A stretch of 43,823 nt of DNA, from sequence record DRR378314_1514; one strand, 5' to 3'. The notes under the pieces were generated by a model. That model had not been told where the DNA came from. It searched no databases and was given only the letters and a program-made list of their open reading frames with translations. Below, piece by piece: positions 18,758 to 29,738 of this stretch (its first letter is position 1; the number at the start of each line of letters is the position of its first letter). Both the position numbers and the translations under genes were made by a program.

Positions 18758-18937
18758 ATGATCCGCAAACTTGTTTTTATCGCTTTTGTCCTGCCGCTTC
18801 TCGGAGCCTGCACCATCACCGGTGATGCTCTCGATCCGCCCCGCGAGCTGAAGGCCAATTGCAATATCGCAGATGCTGAACCGGTCCCTCAGACCGGCCT
18901 TGCCACCACCCCGCCGCTCAGCATCGGCAAATTCTGA
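18758..18937 (+). CDS. Small lipoprotein, VirB7-like (59 aa; not in the ORF track)
   Basis: MIRKLVFIAFVLPLLGAC lipobox, GAGGAG RBS, second Cys; full sequence MIRKLVFIAFVLPLLGACTITGDALDPPRELKANCNIADAEPVPQTGLATTPPLSIGKF. Confidence 0.75.
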   Translation: MIRKLVFIAFVLPLLGACTITGDALDPPRELKANCNIADAEPVPQTGLATTPPLSIGKF

Positions 18938-18961
18938 CCCCTCCCCTGAAAGGACAAGACA

Positions 18962-19720
18962 ATGAAGACCGTTCTCAAAAGCACCGCCGCGGTTGTTGCA
19001 CTTGCGCTGGCCGGATTTGTCGGGACGGCTGGCACAGTCAGCGCTCAAGGTGTCCCAACCTACAGTGTCACAGAACACGCGGAGCTGATCGCGCTGCTGA
19101 ATTCCAGCGGCGAAATGGTCGGGTTGAACACGCAGATACTCGACAATGCCCTGCTGCAGCTGCAGGAGCTTCAGGAACAGTTGCGCCAGGCGCGAGCGAC
19201 GCACAATGCCATCACGGGCGCCCGCGACACGATCGGCAACCTGTTCAATGGCGATATCACCCCGCGCAAGCTGTCCTCGTCGCTTTCCACGCTGTCGATC
19301 ACCGGCACTTCAGTGAACCGCCGCCTGAGCAATCACATGGAAGAGTTGCGGGTGGACTTTCAGCCGTTGAACGGTTTGCAGGCGCTCGGGCGTTCGGCGG
19401 AAGACCCGGCCACTAGGTCACATGATCTGGTTTCCGGATCGAGCATGGCCGGGCTGGCAATTGCCGAGGAAGGGTTTGCCGGGGCTGGGGAAGCGATGGA
19501 GCGGTATGACGGCTATCGTGAGCAGATTTCCGCGACCGATGATCTGAAAGCTAGCATTGATCTGAACACACGCATAGCGATTGAGAATGGCATGATGCTC
19601 GCCACTTTGTTGCAGACCCTCTCTGCACAAGGTCAGCTGGACGCCGCAATCGTAAACCAGCGCCTGCGCGGTCAGGATATCGTCGCGCGTCAGGCGTACA
19701 GACCTGAAGGATCAAACTGA
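18962..19720 (+). CDS. virB5: Minor pilin
   Basis: AQGVPT after the signal peptide, AITGAR, and I.ATDDLKASIDLNTRI motifs. Confidence 0.9.
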   Translation: MKTVLKSTAAVVALALAGFVGTAGTVSAQGVPTYSVTEHAELIALLNSSGEMVGLNTQILDNALLQLQELQEQLRQARATHNAITGARDTIGNLFNGDITPRKLSSSLSTLSITGTSVNRRLSNHMEELRVDFQPLNGLQALGRSAEDPATRSHDLVSGSSMAGLAIAEEGFAGAGEAMERYDGYREQISATDDLKASIDLNTRIAIENGMMLATLLQTLSAQGQLDAAIVNQRLRGQDIVARQAYRPEGSN

Positions 19721-20106
19721 TGCGCTTCTCCACTCACACCCTTCTCATCGTAGCAACCGTCGCCACCACTCTGGCGGCGGGTCAACCGGTATTGGCTTTG
19801 ACGGCTGATGAGAAACGCGAAAACTATCGAGTTGGTAAAGCTGTGGAAGTCTCTCGCACTCGCAGATCGGCGGGGATCAGGGTGGCGTTCGCTGAGAAAT
19901 GTGAAGCGGCCTTTGCAGAGGGTGAGCCCATGCCTGAGAAGGATCTTCGCACTACTGAAGAAGTGGTCATTGACGATGACCTTCTGGAAATGACCGTTGA
20001 AGAAATCTCGGAGCAGTATTGGCTCGCGTCGGACGCATTCTACGCAGCCGACCGGGCCGTGAAGGACTGCATCCGTAAATTCAGAAAAAGGAATGATGGG
20101 TCATGA
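19720..20106 (+). CDS. Exported hypothetical protein between virB5 and virB6 (entry-exclusion position)
   Basis: Sec signal peptide, two Cys; translationally coupled at both ends. Confidence 0.7.
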   Translation: MRFSTHTLLIVATVATTLAAGQPVLALTADEKRENYRVGKAVEVSRTRRSAGIRVAFAEKCEAAFAEGEPMPEKDLRTTEEVVIDDDLLEMTVEEISEQYWLASDAFYAADRAVKDCIRKFRKRNDGS

Positions 20107-21182
20107 GCATCAGAGATTTCCTTGTTGGCACAGATCAAAGCTTTGACAATATTATCAATGGCGGATCGCAGCAGGTGTTTCAGGCCCTTGCGACCCCAAG
20201 TGCACAGTTTTTGACCCTACTTGCAGGAGCGGCGCTGGCGGTTTGGGCAGTCACGGCGGCGTATCGAGGCAGTTTTTCCCTCGACGGGTTCATTACATTC
20301 GTCTTTCGTTTTTCGTTGTTCTATCTGGCTGTTTCGGGCGGCGCGCTCTGGACCCAGTACATTTATCCGTTCATCACGCAATTTCCCGTCAATGTTGGCA
20401 ACACAATCATCAGCGAGTTTGGTGGTGCTGGAAGTGCTGGGGGTATTGCAAGCGTCTTTGCTAGGTTTGCCGATACGGCGTTCAGAAACATCGTGGCGGC
20501 GATAGGGTCATATGGGGTAACGGATTACATTGCGGGCGATGCCCTTGGTGTGCTGCTGTTTGCAATGTTGGCCGCGGCTGCAATCCTGGCAATGATCGTG
20601 ATTGCGCTAGCCCTTCTTGTCGCATCAAAGGTCTTGTTGGCCATTCTGCTCGCCATTTTCCCGGTGATGGCCGTCTGGGCGTATCTTCGTAGCTCAGCGG
20701 AAATTTTCAACGGTTGGGTGCGGGGCGTTACCATGTTGGTTCTGTTCCAGGTTCTGCTTTTTGGCGTCATGGGCATCGCACTCGCTGCCTCGCAGGGCAC
20801 GGCGGACGCAGTTTCCGCTGGTGTAGAATCAGGTGCTGACATTCCGTTGGAAATGTTCAAGTTGGCCGGCATTAGCGGGATCACCGCCGGGTTGCTTCTA
20901 ATTTGCCCGATGATTGCTCAGCGAATTGGTGGTGCAGCCTTGAGCCTTGGCGAGTCTCAACTAAGGGGTGCAGGGCAGTCTGGCATAAAGCTCTTGGGTG
21001 GCAGGCTGACAGGTGGCGGGTCCGGCGGCAACAACCTCGGCGACGTCTCCAATCAGCGCGCAAGTGCTGCGAATGAGGCCGATCGGACATCAGGCACAGA
21101 GGCCAATAACCAGCGCGTTCGTGACTCCGTAAGGCGCGGGGCCGAACGCATGGTCGAAGAAGCCCGACGACGCGGAAGCTGA
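20103..21182 (+). CDS. virB6: T4SS polytopic membrane protein
   Basis: Several TM helices; SKVLLAILLAIFP...IFNGW and P.IA..IGG motifs. Confidence 0.9.
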   Translation: MSIRDFLVGTDQSFDNIINGGSQQVFQALATPSAQFLTLLAGAALAVWAVTAAYRGSFSLDGFITFVFRFSLFYLAVSGGALWTQYIYPFITQFPVNVGNTIISEFGGAGSAGGIASVFARFADTAFRNIVAAIGSYGVTDYIAGDALGVLLFAMLAAAAILAMIVIALALLVASKVLLAILLAIFPVMAVWAYLRSSAEIFNGWVRGVTMLVLFQVLLFGVMGIALAASQGTADAVSAGVESGADIPLEMFKLAGISGITAGLLLICPMIAQRIGGAALSLGESQLRGAGQSGIKLLGGRLTGGGSGGNNLGDVSNQRASAANEADRTSGTEANNQRVRDSVRRGAERMVEEARRRGS

Positions 21183-21239
21183 TCAAAACGCATTGAAATC
21201 ATTGGCGGGCTGGCCCCGCAACAGACGAGGAGTCACCAG

Positions 21240-21977
21240 ATGCAACATGCAGCAGCAGATTTGAGGCCCGATCCGCTCAATCCTGACGGGCAGTATCATG
21301 GCTCTCCCCTGCCCGATACCACCACAATTCATGACTGCCACGACCGCTGGGAGGATGAACTGTATCTCTCGATGCAGCGTCGAACGCGGCTGGCCTATGC
21401 CGTCGGCGGGATCGGCGCGCTCATCGGCATAATGAGTGTTGCCGCCGTTATGGGCCTGGCTCCGCTCAAACAGCTTGTGCCCATCACCATGACCGTCGAC
21501 AAACATACCGGCCTGGTCAACGTGGAGTCCCGTCTGGGTAATCTCACATTGGACGATGACGAGTATGTCACCCAGGCCCTGTTGTTCCAGTATGCCCGTG
21601 ACCGCGAAACCTATGACGCACATGACCAGCGCAATCGGTTGAACCTCGTCTACGGCCAGACATGCGGCGGGGCAGCTGAAGATCTGGCGGCGCTCTATGA
21701 CGGGGAAAACCCCAACAGCCCCATGAACATCTACGGCAGCTATGGCCGCGTGGATGTCCGCATTCGGTCTGTCACCCTGCACAATGGAAATTCGGCCACG
21801 CTGCGCATCACGAAAAGCGCGCGGGCGCAACAAGGCGCGCCCGTCTCAGAGCGCAATTTTGTGGTGACGATGGTCTACGAATTCGACCGCACCGGAAACA
21901 TGAAGCTCGAGGAACGTTGGGAAAATCCGACCGGCTTCTGCGTGAACAATTACCGCCTGGATGAGGAGGCCCGCTGA
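21240..21977 (+). CDS. virB8: T4SS protein
   Basis: Single TM, LAPLK..VP..VDKHTG, Y..DRETYD and NPTGFCV..YR motifs. Confidence 0.93.
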   Translation: MQHAAADLRPDPLNPDGQYHGSPLPDTTTIHDCHDRWEDELYLSMQRRTRLAYAVGGIGALIGIMSVAAVMGLAPLKQLVPITMTVDKHTGLVNVESRLGNLTLDDDEYVTQALLFQYARDRETYDAHDQRNRLNLVYGQTCGGAAEDLAALYDGENPNSPMNIYGSYGRVDVRIRSVTLHNGNSATLRITKSARAQQGAPVSERNFVVTMVYEFDRTGNMKLEERWENPTGFCVNNYRLDEEAR

Positions 21978-22792
21978 TGCTTCGCATTGTTTTGACCGCT
22001 GCATTGATGCTGGCCGTGGGTGCTGTCTCGGTGTCTGCGGAACAGCAAGGGCGTGGCACACGCACCGATGGCCGCATTAGGACACTCAATTATCATCCCG
22101 ACGACGTTTACAAGATCAATGCCTATACCGGCTATGCCTCGACGTTCCAGCTGGAAGAGGGCGAGGTGATGGTTGATGAAGTCCGTGGCGACCCCAAGAC
22201 CTGGGATTTCATCCCGAACACCGCGCGGGATGGGTTTGTCATCAAGGCAAAATACGCCACCCCGCAAGCCAGCAACCTCATTCTGGAAACCAACCTGCGC
22301 ACCTATGTGTTCCTGTTGCATGCCCACAAAGGCGGTCCTCCAGGAAACGTCGGGTTCCTCTATCGTTTCAATTACCCGGATCGCAAAAAGGGATACCGGC
22401 CTCGGCAGGCCGGAAACATCCAAGCGGCATTCAACACAACCGGGCGGCCCGCCAATCTCCAATACAGCGCGAGCGGTGACAAGCTGTTGCGCCCGGCGGT
22501 GGCATTTGATGATGGCCGCAAGACCTACCTGCGCCTGAAAGAACAAAGCGTGCGTCCCTCGATTTTCACCATGGGGGCAGATGGCCGCGAGCGGCTGGTG
22601 AACTCCACTGATCTGGCTGACGGAACCATTGTTGTGACCGGAGTTTACCCGCGCCTGGTGCTGCGTGACGGCCCTTACGTCGTCTGCGTCTTCAACATCC
22701 CGCTCTATGAAACGGGCCAGAATCGAGACCCGAACCGCCCAAGAGCAAGCAGATCGCAACAGGCTGCTGATCAGACTGGGGAGAACCGCTGA
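21977..22792 (+). CDS. virB9: T4SS outer membrane core protein
   Basis: DGRIR..NY.PDDVY, TNLRTY.F.L, P...FDDGRKTY and E.LVN motifs. Confidence 0.93.
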   Translation: MLRIVLTAALMLAVGAVSVSAEQQGRGTRTDGRIRTLNYHPDDVYKINAYTGYASTFQLEEGEVMVDEVRGDPKTWDFIPNTARDGFVIKAKYATPQASNLILETNLRTYVFLLHAHKGGPPGNVGFLYRFNYPDRKKGYRPRQAGNIQAAFNTTGRPANLQYSASGDKLLRPAVAFDDGRKTYLRLKEQSVRPSIFTMGADGRERLVNSTDLADGTIVVTGVYPRLVLRDGPYVVCVFNIPLYETGQNRDPNRPRASRSQQAADQTGENR

Positions 22793-24096
22793 TGTCAGAG
22801 CAAAACAAACTCCTGTCGGATCGCATCGAACCCGAAGAAGAGCGAAAGCGCGGCGTCAACCTTCCTATGATCCTAGGCGGGCTTGCCCTCGTCGGATTCA
22901 TTGGGGCGGCGCTCTGGATCAATCTCGGCGGTGATGATGCTGGGCGTCGAACTGGCATCATTCCCGAGGTCAATCAGACACCCGATCCGCGCAGACAGGG
23001 TGGCAGCTTGTTCGGAACAGTTCCGACGCAGCCGCTGGCTTCGGTTGAGCCGCAGCAAGATCCGCGCGTGGCGGTGCTGGAGGCCGAATTGGCAGAATTG
23101 CGCGAATTGATTAAAGCCGCACAGGCTGAGGAATCCGAGCCCACTCCTGAAGAACCAAAAGAGCCAACCGCCGTCCTGGACGCACAGGCCCTCGCAGCTC
23201 TAGAAAAGCGGGCAGAACGACAAGAGGCGGCGTTGGAAGCGTTCCTGAAGAAGCTGGAGGATGACCGTCTGGCCGCAGAACGGAGGCAGCGTGAACTCAT
23301 CGCACGGATACAGGCGAACAGGCCGGTTACAGAGCCGGGCCGAACTGCAGAGACCACGCAATCTGGAGATACAGAAGCGCAGAGACTGGAAGCTGCTCGC
23401 AAAGCTGAAGAGGAACGGCTGGCGCAGCCATTAACCAACAGTCTAGGCGGCACCAGCACGGGCCCGGGAGCAGGCACGGGCAACCACAACAGCAGCGGCA
23501 ACGACTTCCTCGATGCCGCTGCCTCCCGTTTGGTGCAAACGGCCCGGGCCACGCAGTTGAAAGATGTTCATCGTCTTGTTCCGCAGGGGCGCACGATTCC
23601 GGCCATCCTTGAAACGGCCATCTCATCGGACCTGCCCGGTGAGCTGCGCGGACGCGTCAGCCGGGATGTCTGGTCAGTTGATGCCACAACGGTCCTGATC
23701 CCGCGTGGCTCAACACTGATCGGTGAGTATTCGTCGGATATCTCGCTGGGCCAGCGCCGGGTTCTCGTGGCCTGGAACCGTGTGATCACCCCTGATCAGC
23801 GGTCCATCATGATCGGTTCCCGTGGCGTCGATGCGCTGGGGCGGGCCGGTTTGACAGGCAATGTTCAGCATCACTTCGGGCTCAAGTTCGAAGCGGCGTT
23901 CTTCATCTCTATCTTCTCCGGCATTTCCAGTTTCGGAAACCGCACTCTGAGCGACAACGACCTGTCAACCGGTACAGATGGTTTTGCGAATTCCGGTCAG
24001 AGCGCGTTTGAGGAATACCTGTCCATCCCACCCTCGATCTGGATTGACCAGGGCGAACAGTTCAACGTGTTCGTCTCGCGGGATCTGTACCTGTGA
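22792..24096 (+). CDS. virB10: T4SS core protein
   Basis: QG..IPAILETAISSDLPG, LIPRGS.LIGEY, D.LGRAG and IPPSI.IDQG motifs. Confidence 0.95.
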   Translation: MSEQNKLLSDRIEPEEERKRGVNLPMILGGLALVGFIGAALWINLGGDDAGRRTGIIPEVNQTPDPRRQGGSLFGTVPTQPLASVEPQQDPRVAVLEAELAELRELIKAAQAEESEPTPEEPKEPTAVLDAQALAALEKRAERQEAALEAFLKKLEDDRLAAERRQRELIARIQANRPVTEPGRTAETTQSGDTEAQRLEAARKAEEERLAQPLTNSLGGTSTGPGAGTGNHNSSGNDFLDAAASRLVQTARATQLKDVHRLVPQGRTIPAILETAISSDLPGELRGRVSRDVWSVDATTVLIPRGSTLIGEYSSDISLGQRRVLVAWNRVITPDQRSIMIGSRGVDALGRAGLTGNVQHHFGLKFEAAFFISIFSGISSFGNRTLSDNDLSTGTDGFANSGQSAFEEYLSIPPSIWIDQGEQFNVFVSRDLYL

Positions 24097-24129
24097 TCCC
24101 CTGACATTCTCGCCCCGCAGGAGACTGCC

Positions 24130-26310
24130 ATGAGCACCATACAGGCAAAGACTCACCTTCCTTACACGATAGCAGCGGGCGTCATTAGCATCCCGCTCTG
24201 GGCGGCGCTGTTGATAGCCTGGAAGGTGAATGGCGACGTTGAAACGTGGCGGCCGTGGCTCCTGCTCAGCCAGCGCAACACGCTGCACCAGAAGGATTGG
24301 GACTTGGTCCTCTGGGGTGGCATCACGCTTGGATTGATGACCGGCGCGGGCCTTGCCTATCTGTTCGGCGGCATGGTGTTTGGCGTGACTGCGACTGATG
24401 CACATGGGGACGCACGCTGGGCCACGGCCAAAGAGATCCGCGCGGCCCGGCTGATCAGCGATTGGGGGCTGGTTCTGGGCAAGCTGGGTAAACCGGAGAA
24501 AAAAGCCCCGCACCTGCGCGCCCATACCGATGATCAAGGCACGGTGCTGGTCTCGGGTCCGCCGCGCTCCGGTAAGGGCGTCGGTATCATCGTCCCGACC
24601 CTGCTGGACTATCCCGGCTCGCTCATTGTCTATGACGTCAAAGGCGAGCTTTTTGAAACCACGTCGCGGCGGCGATTGGAAAAGGGTGACAAGGTGCGGG
24701 TGCTGTCGCCCTTCGATGTCCAGTTTCCGAACAACCCGGACGGCTCCCTTGTCGGACGGTCGCACAGCTTTAACCCGCTGGTAGAGATTGCGGCAATGGA
24801 TGACCTGGAAGACCGGCTCGTGCGGATCTCGGAAATCAGCGCCGCGCTGTTGGCACCCAAAAGTTCAACCGGCGCTGAGGCGTCCTTGATGGAGGATGCA
24901 CAGGAAATCTTTGAGGCCGCGGCCGCCATCGTCTGCAACGAACCTGAACCGTCGCTCGGCCGGGTTCTTCAGGTGTTGACGCCGGAGGTGGCGGGCGATG
25001 ATGAGATTCCGGATTACAAAGCCATGTTTGCCGCCCTCGCGCCGCGCGCGCCAGATCCTGTTTCAAAGGGCGCGATGCTGCGCATGGCAGGCCAGGACAA
25101 CAAACAGCTGGGGATCTACCTGTCGGTCCTGATGGGCGGGGGTCTGAATGCCTGGCGCAACCCCGCGATCGTGCGCGCGACAAAGACCAATGATTTTGAC
25201 TTTGAATCGATGCGTTGGGAACCTCAAACTTGCTACATCTCGATTCCGGAAGCGCATAAGCAGGTGTCGCGGCCTTTGGTGCGTCTGTTCATCCAATGCG
25301 CCATCAACGCGCTACGCCGACGGCTCATGGCTTCGGGTGAGGATTTCTTGCCGGTTCTGTTTCTGATTGATGAATTTCATTCGCTGGGGAAAATGCAAGG
25401 CGTCCTCGATGCTGTAACCACCCTACCCGGCTATGGTGGCCGGCTGTGCCTGGTCGTACAATCGCCAGCATCGCTGCGCGAACACTATGGCCCTGCAGGT
25501 GAGGAAATCCTGACTGAAAGCTCGCACCTGCATGTGTGGCTGACGCCCAATTCTGAGGAGACAAAACAAAAGCTGTCCAAGGCGCTTGGCAACAAAACGG
25601 TGACACAGAAATCCGTCTCGGGGCGCAACTGGTCTAAAGAGCCCGGCCGGTCTGAAAGCTGGTCGGAGAAAAGCAGGGCGTTGATGACACCAGAGGAAAT
25701 CGGTCGTCTGGGCAAGGAAGAAGTCATTATCACCGGCAAGGGCATGTTCCCGATCCGGACAAACCGGGTGTCATACTATAATGACCATCGATTCAAAGCC
25801 CTGAACGATAGCCAGCGGGGCAAGCCCTGGCCGGATGTGCCTTTGGTCAAAGATGCGGTTGTGACCCGGTATGATGAATTCCTGAAGAGCGCCGGCTCTT
25901 CGAAATCTGTTGAGGCCGAAGAACCGGAACCTGAGCCTGCTGCCAAACCGTCCTTGTCGCAGCGTGCGGCCGTCACTGGACCGCGCTCTTACGATCCGCC
26001 TGAGTATGACAGATATCTTGATCAAGGTGTGGCCGGCTACGGGTACTTCGAAGATCCTGGCGAGACTGCCGAGGACGAGGAAACAGCCGAGGACCGCCAG
26101 CTGATCAAAGCCATGGAAACGGTGAAGTCACCAAGCTTTGCGGACAACCTCGGCAACCTCTTGAACCTGGCACCGGTCAGCCCGGACAGTGAGTCCGAAC
26201 TTGCCGACCTGGCACATCGGCTTTCACCTGACGAGCTGGTCAACAGGTTGATGCCGCTGTTCAGCGGCGAAAACATGAAAATCAGTGGCCATTCGCTGCG
26301 TGGGGCATAA
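24130..26310 (+). CDS. virD4: Type IV coupling protein
   Basis: HGDARWA, GPPRSGKGVG, YDVKGE, FNPL, LIDEF and R.LMTPEEI motifs; acidic tail. The last 9 codons derive from the inserted cassette. Confidence 0.96.
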   Translation: MSTIQAKTHLPYTIAAGVISIPLWAALLIAWKVNGDVETWRPWLLLSQRNTLHQKDWDLVLWGGITLGLMTGAGLAYLFGGMVFGVTATDAHGDARWATAKEIRAARLISDWGLVLGKLGKPEKKAPHLRAHTDDQGTVLVSGPPRSGKGVGIIVPTLLDYPGSLIVYDVKGELFETTSRRRLEKGDKVRVLSPFDVQFPNNPDGSLVGRSHSFNPLVEIAAMDDLEDRLVRISEISAALLAPKSSTGAEASLMEDAQEIFEAAAAIVCNEPEPSLGRVLQVLTPEVAGDDEIPDYKAMFAALAPRAPDPVSKGAMLRMAGQDNKQLGIYLSVLMGGGLNAWRNPAIVRATKTNDFDFESMRWEPQTCYISIPEAHKQVSRPLVRLFIQCAINALRRRLMASGEDFLPVLFLIDEFHSLGKMQGVLDAVTTLPGYGGRLCLVVQSPASLREHYGPAGEEILTESSHLHVWLTPNSEETKQKLSKALGNKTVTQKSVSGRNWSKEPGRSESWSEKSRALMTPEEIGRLGKEEVIITGKGMFPIRTNRVSYYNDHRFKALNDSQRGKPWPDVPLVKDAVVTRYDEFLKSAGSSKSVEAEEPEPEPAAKPSLSQRAAVTGPRSYDPPEYDRYLDQGVAGYGYFEDPGETAEDEETAEDRQLIKAMETVKSPSFADNLGNLLNLAPVSPDSESELADLAHRLSPDELVNRLMPLFSGENMKISGHSLRGA

Positions 26311-26362
26311 ACTGGTAAGAAGCGGACAAACCTGCCATGCGCAATCACGCGATCAATGTCTG

Positions 26363-28613
26363 CTAACCAACATATCGTTTCAAAAACTCCGATGTTGCAG
26401 TCTGCCCTTCTGCAAACATCTGTTTGGGTGTTCCTTCAAAGACCAGTTCGCCGCCGTCGCGACCACCATCGGGGCCAATATCTATGATCCAATCGGCTTG
26501 CATGATGACATCAAGGTTGTGCTCGATCACGATGACCGAGTTCCCGCGATCTGTTAGCATCTCGATAATATCCACAATCTTCGCGACATCAGTGACGTGC
26601 AGGCCAGTTGTTGGTTCATCAAGGACATAAATGTTTCCTGACTTGTGCAACTCACTGGACAGCTTCACACGCTGACATTCGCCACCAGACAGCGTGGAGA
26701 GCGGTTGGCCGAGGGTCGGGTATCCAAGACGACTTGGCGCAACAGTTCCAGCTTGTGACGGATATCTGGATCGTCAAACACTGGGATTGCTTCTTCTACC
26801 GAGAGACCCAACACATCAGCGATGGATCGACCCTTGTGGAGATGGCTGAGCGTTTCGGGGCTGTAGCGTTTGCCTTCGCATTCTTCACAGGTCGTCTTGA
26901 CCGGATCAAGGAACGCCATTTCGGTTTCGGAATAGCCCAACCCTTTGCAGCGCGGACAGGCACCCTTGGAATTGAAACTGAACAGCTTGGCAGGCACTTT
27001 GTTGGCACTCGCGAATACACGGCGAATGTCATCAAACGCGCCCGTATAGGTCATGGCATTGGACCGGTTGGACCGCCCTATGCCCGACTGATCAACTGTT
27101 ATTGCTTCGGGATGCTGTTTTAAGAACTCGGTGTGATGATCGAACTTTTCCCCGACCCTGCAACCCCAGTAACGCAGACAAAGACACCCTTGGGAATATC
27201 GACATCAATACCTTTGAGGTTGTTTGACCGGGCATCTCGAATGGGAAAATGCCCATTGGCCGTCCGGAACGTTTCCTTAATCTTCGCCTTGGCCTTAAGT
27301 CCACGCCCGGTCAGACAGTCGGACGCCAAAAGCGCCTGATAGCTGCCTTCAAACATAATCTGACCACCATGAACTCCTGCCTTTGGACCGACATCAATCA
27401 CATGGTCTGCGAGTTCTATAACATCAGGGTCATGTTCAACGACCAACACGGTGTTTCCTCGATCCCGTAATTTGCGCAACAGGCTGTTCAGCTGGCTCAC
27501 ATCACGGGCGTGCAGTCCGGTGCTGGGTTCATCCATGATATATAGCATTTCCGTCAGGCTCGACCCAAGCTGATTGGCGAGTTTGACACGCTGCGCTTCG
27601 CCGCCCGACAGCGTTCCCAACTGACGGGAAAGGGAAAGGTAACTCAGTCCGATTTCCGTCAAATGTTGAGACTTTTTGCGAATTTGATCCACCACCATTT
27701 CGGCGCGGGGATCATCAATCGCGTTCACAAATGCGATCAATTGATCAATCTCATAGTGTGATACAGTGTCGATGTTCTTGCCATTGATTTTAACACTCAA
27801 TGCCGCTTGGTTCAGCCGCGCTCCGTTGCACGTTTCGCAAGTTTGCACCGCCATATGCGCCTCAATCGTCTTGCGTTTGCGGTCTGACAATTCGTCAAAG
27901 TTCTTGTTAACGTAGAGGCGGTTGATTTTGGTGATTATGCCTTCATAAGTGACGGACAAGCCAGCCCCGTCGCTGCCCAAAGTGATCTGTTCAGGCTCAC
28001 CGAAAAGGAGTTTTTGGTAGAGGTCTGGCGGGTACTGATCGAGCGGCAAGTCATTATCGAACAACCCTGAACCCGCATAGAACTTCCAGTAGATACTATC
28101 GACGTGGAATTCCGAAAACAGGATCGCGTCGCCGTTCAATGACTTCGTTGGGTCGATAATCTTATCCAACTCAATCTGCATAGTGTGGCCGGACCCATTG
28201 CAGGTCAGGCACATGCCATCGGGAGAATTGAATGAGAAATTGGTGGACGCCCCGATCACAGGTTCCCCGACCCGCGAGAACAACAAGCGCAGATAGGTGT
28301 AAATCTCTGAGGTTGTCCCGACAGTCGAGCGTGATCCACCCACATTACGTTTCTGCTGCAGCACAATGGCGGGCGAGACGTTTTCAATCAGATCGACATC
28401 CGGTTTCGGAATCCGGGGCAGCTTGCCCTGCTCAAAGGTTGAAAACGTGCCGTAAAGCTGACGCTGCGCCTCTGCGTTGATGGTCTCGAACACCAGCGAG
28501 GATTTCCCCGAACCCGATACCCCTGTGAACAAGATGATCTTATTGCGAGGGATGTCTATATCGACATCCTTGAGATTGTTCTGGCGTGCGCCGCGAATGG
28601 AAATATCAGTCAT
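26363..28613 (-). pseudogene. UvrA-like (class II/DrrC-type) ABC ATPase with two 1-bp deletions
   Basis: GARQNNLK, GVSGSGKSSL, LSGGEAQR, DEPSTGLH, second GVAGSGKSS, LSGGECQR and DEPTTGLH. Frameshifts near 27134 (SII[H]TEFLKQHP) and 26731 (QV[G]LGYPTLGQ). Confidence 0.88.
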
Positions 28614-29185
28614 GAGCAACTCCCATTGATTGGGGAAGCCCGATCCAAAATCCAATTAAGCCCGCGCAGAAAATCGTCGTTGGACAGTGGGTTATCGTCA
28701 CTCGCTGTTGCAGACAGAACAAACCCATGTGTGTAATCGACAAGCAGATGCAGCAGCACGTCGCCTTCATCCCCATCATCGAGAACTTTGGTGTTTTGGC
28801 TGAGTGTTTCCGTTATCTGATGTAGGGCTGGCCCCATAAGTGACGTGTCACTTAGGACGGCCCGCAGCAAGTGTGCGTTGCGCATGGCACATTTGCAGTA
28901 ACGCGCTAAAATCAACCGCGCCCGTTCAGTTGCAGTCTGGCCGTCAATCTCGCCGAGCGCGTTTTTGAACGCGGCTTCAACAAGATCTGCCAACAGCTTC
29001 GTTTTGCTTCCCGAGTGGTAAGTGACAGCCATTGGTGTCACTCCAAGCCGGTCTGCAAGAACACGAAACGAAAGCGCGTCTACACCGTCCCGCTGCACTA
29101 TGGGCAGAGCGACGGCAATGATGCTTTGCTTCGTCAGATTTGTATCGGATTTACGCGGACGTCCCGCACCCTGCGCCTTCGTCAT
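28610..29185 (-). CDS. TetR-family regulator
   Basis: HTH GVDALSFRVLADRLGVTPMAVTYH; ATGA overlaps with both neighbours. Confidence 0.92.
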   Translation of the reverse strand: MTKAQGAGRPRKSDTNLTKQSIIAVALPIVQRDGVDALSFRVLADRLGVTPMAVTYHSGSKTKLLADLVEAAFKNALGEIDGQTATERARLILARYCKCAMRNAHLLRAVLSDTSLMGPALHQITETLSQNTKVLDDGDEGDVLLHLLVDYTHGFVLSATASDDNPLSNDDFLRGLNWILDRASPINGSCS

Positions 29186-29721
29186 GTCGTTTTGATTTTG
29201 TAGACAAGATCAACCAACCCCGATGGAAACTGTTCGCACGAGACCATCTCAAGGTCCGTATCGCCGCCCGTATCGTTGAAGATGCGAATACCTTCGCCTA
29301 TCAGGATCGGAACAATCGTGATCTTCATGTCAGCGATCAGTTTCGCTTTCAGGAAGGATTGGATGACCGCACCACCGTCAACGTAAATGCGCTCAAAGCC
29401 GCGTGTCGCGAAGATTGCCATCAACTCCGCCGGTTCATGCGCCATGATTTCCACTTTACCTCGAATGCTATCGGGGACATCGTTTTGCGTCATCGACCGG
29501 CTCAAAACGACGACCGGCTTTGCATAGGGCCACTCGCCAAACCCAAGCACTGTGCGGAACGAGCCAGACCCCATGACGATCACATCAACGCTGTTCTGAA
29601 AAGCGTCAAATCCGTGGTCCTCGCCCTCAGACGGCTGCTTATCCAGCCAATCAAGAGTGTGATCCGGTCTCGCGACAAACCCATCCAGGCTCATAGCCAT
29701 CATAATGTGTCCTGTCGACAT
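29182..29721 (-). CDS. Dihydrofolate reductase-like (RibD C-terminal) protein
   Basis: AMSLDGFVA, DVIVMG, IYVDGG..IQSFL and VPILIGEG motifs. Confidence 0.9.
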   Translation of the reverse strand: MSTGHIMMAMSLDGFVARPDHTLDWLDKQPSEGEDHGFDAFQNSVDVIVMGSGSFRTVLGFGEWPYAKPVVVLSRSMTQNDVPDSIRGKVEIMAHEPAELMAIFATRGFERIYVDGGAVIQSFLKAKLIADMKITIVPILIGEGIRIFNDTGGDTDLEMVSCEQFPSGLVDLVYKIKTT

Positions 29722-29738
29722 ACAGGTCTCCGACGCAA

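Noticed and set aside
26363-28613. Housekeeping uvrA, or programmed frameshifting
   Set aside because: About 750 aa short class II type with no uvrB/C context; the shifts are not at slippery sequences.
29182-29721. Trimethoprim-resistance dfr gene
   Set aside because: Motifs are those of the RibD C-terminal/DHFR-like family, not DfrA or DfrB.
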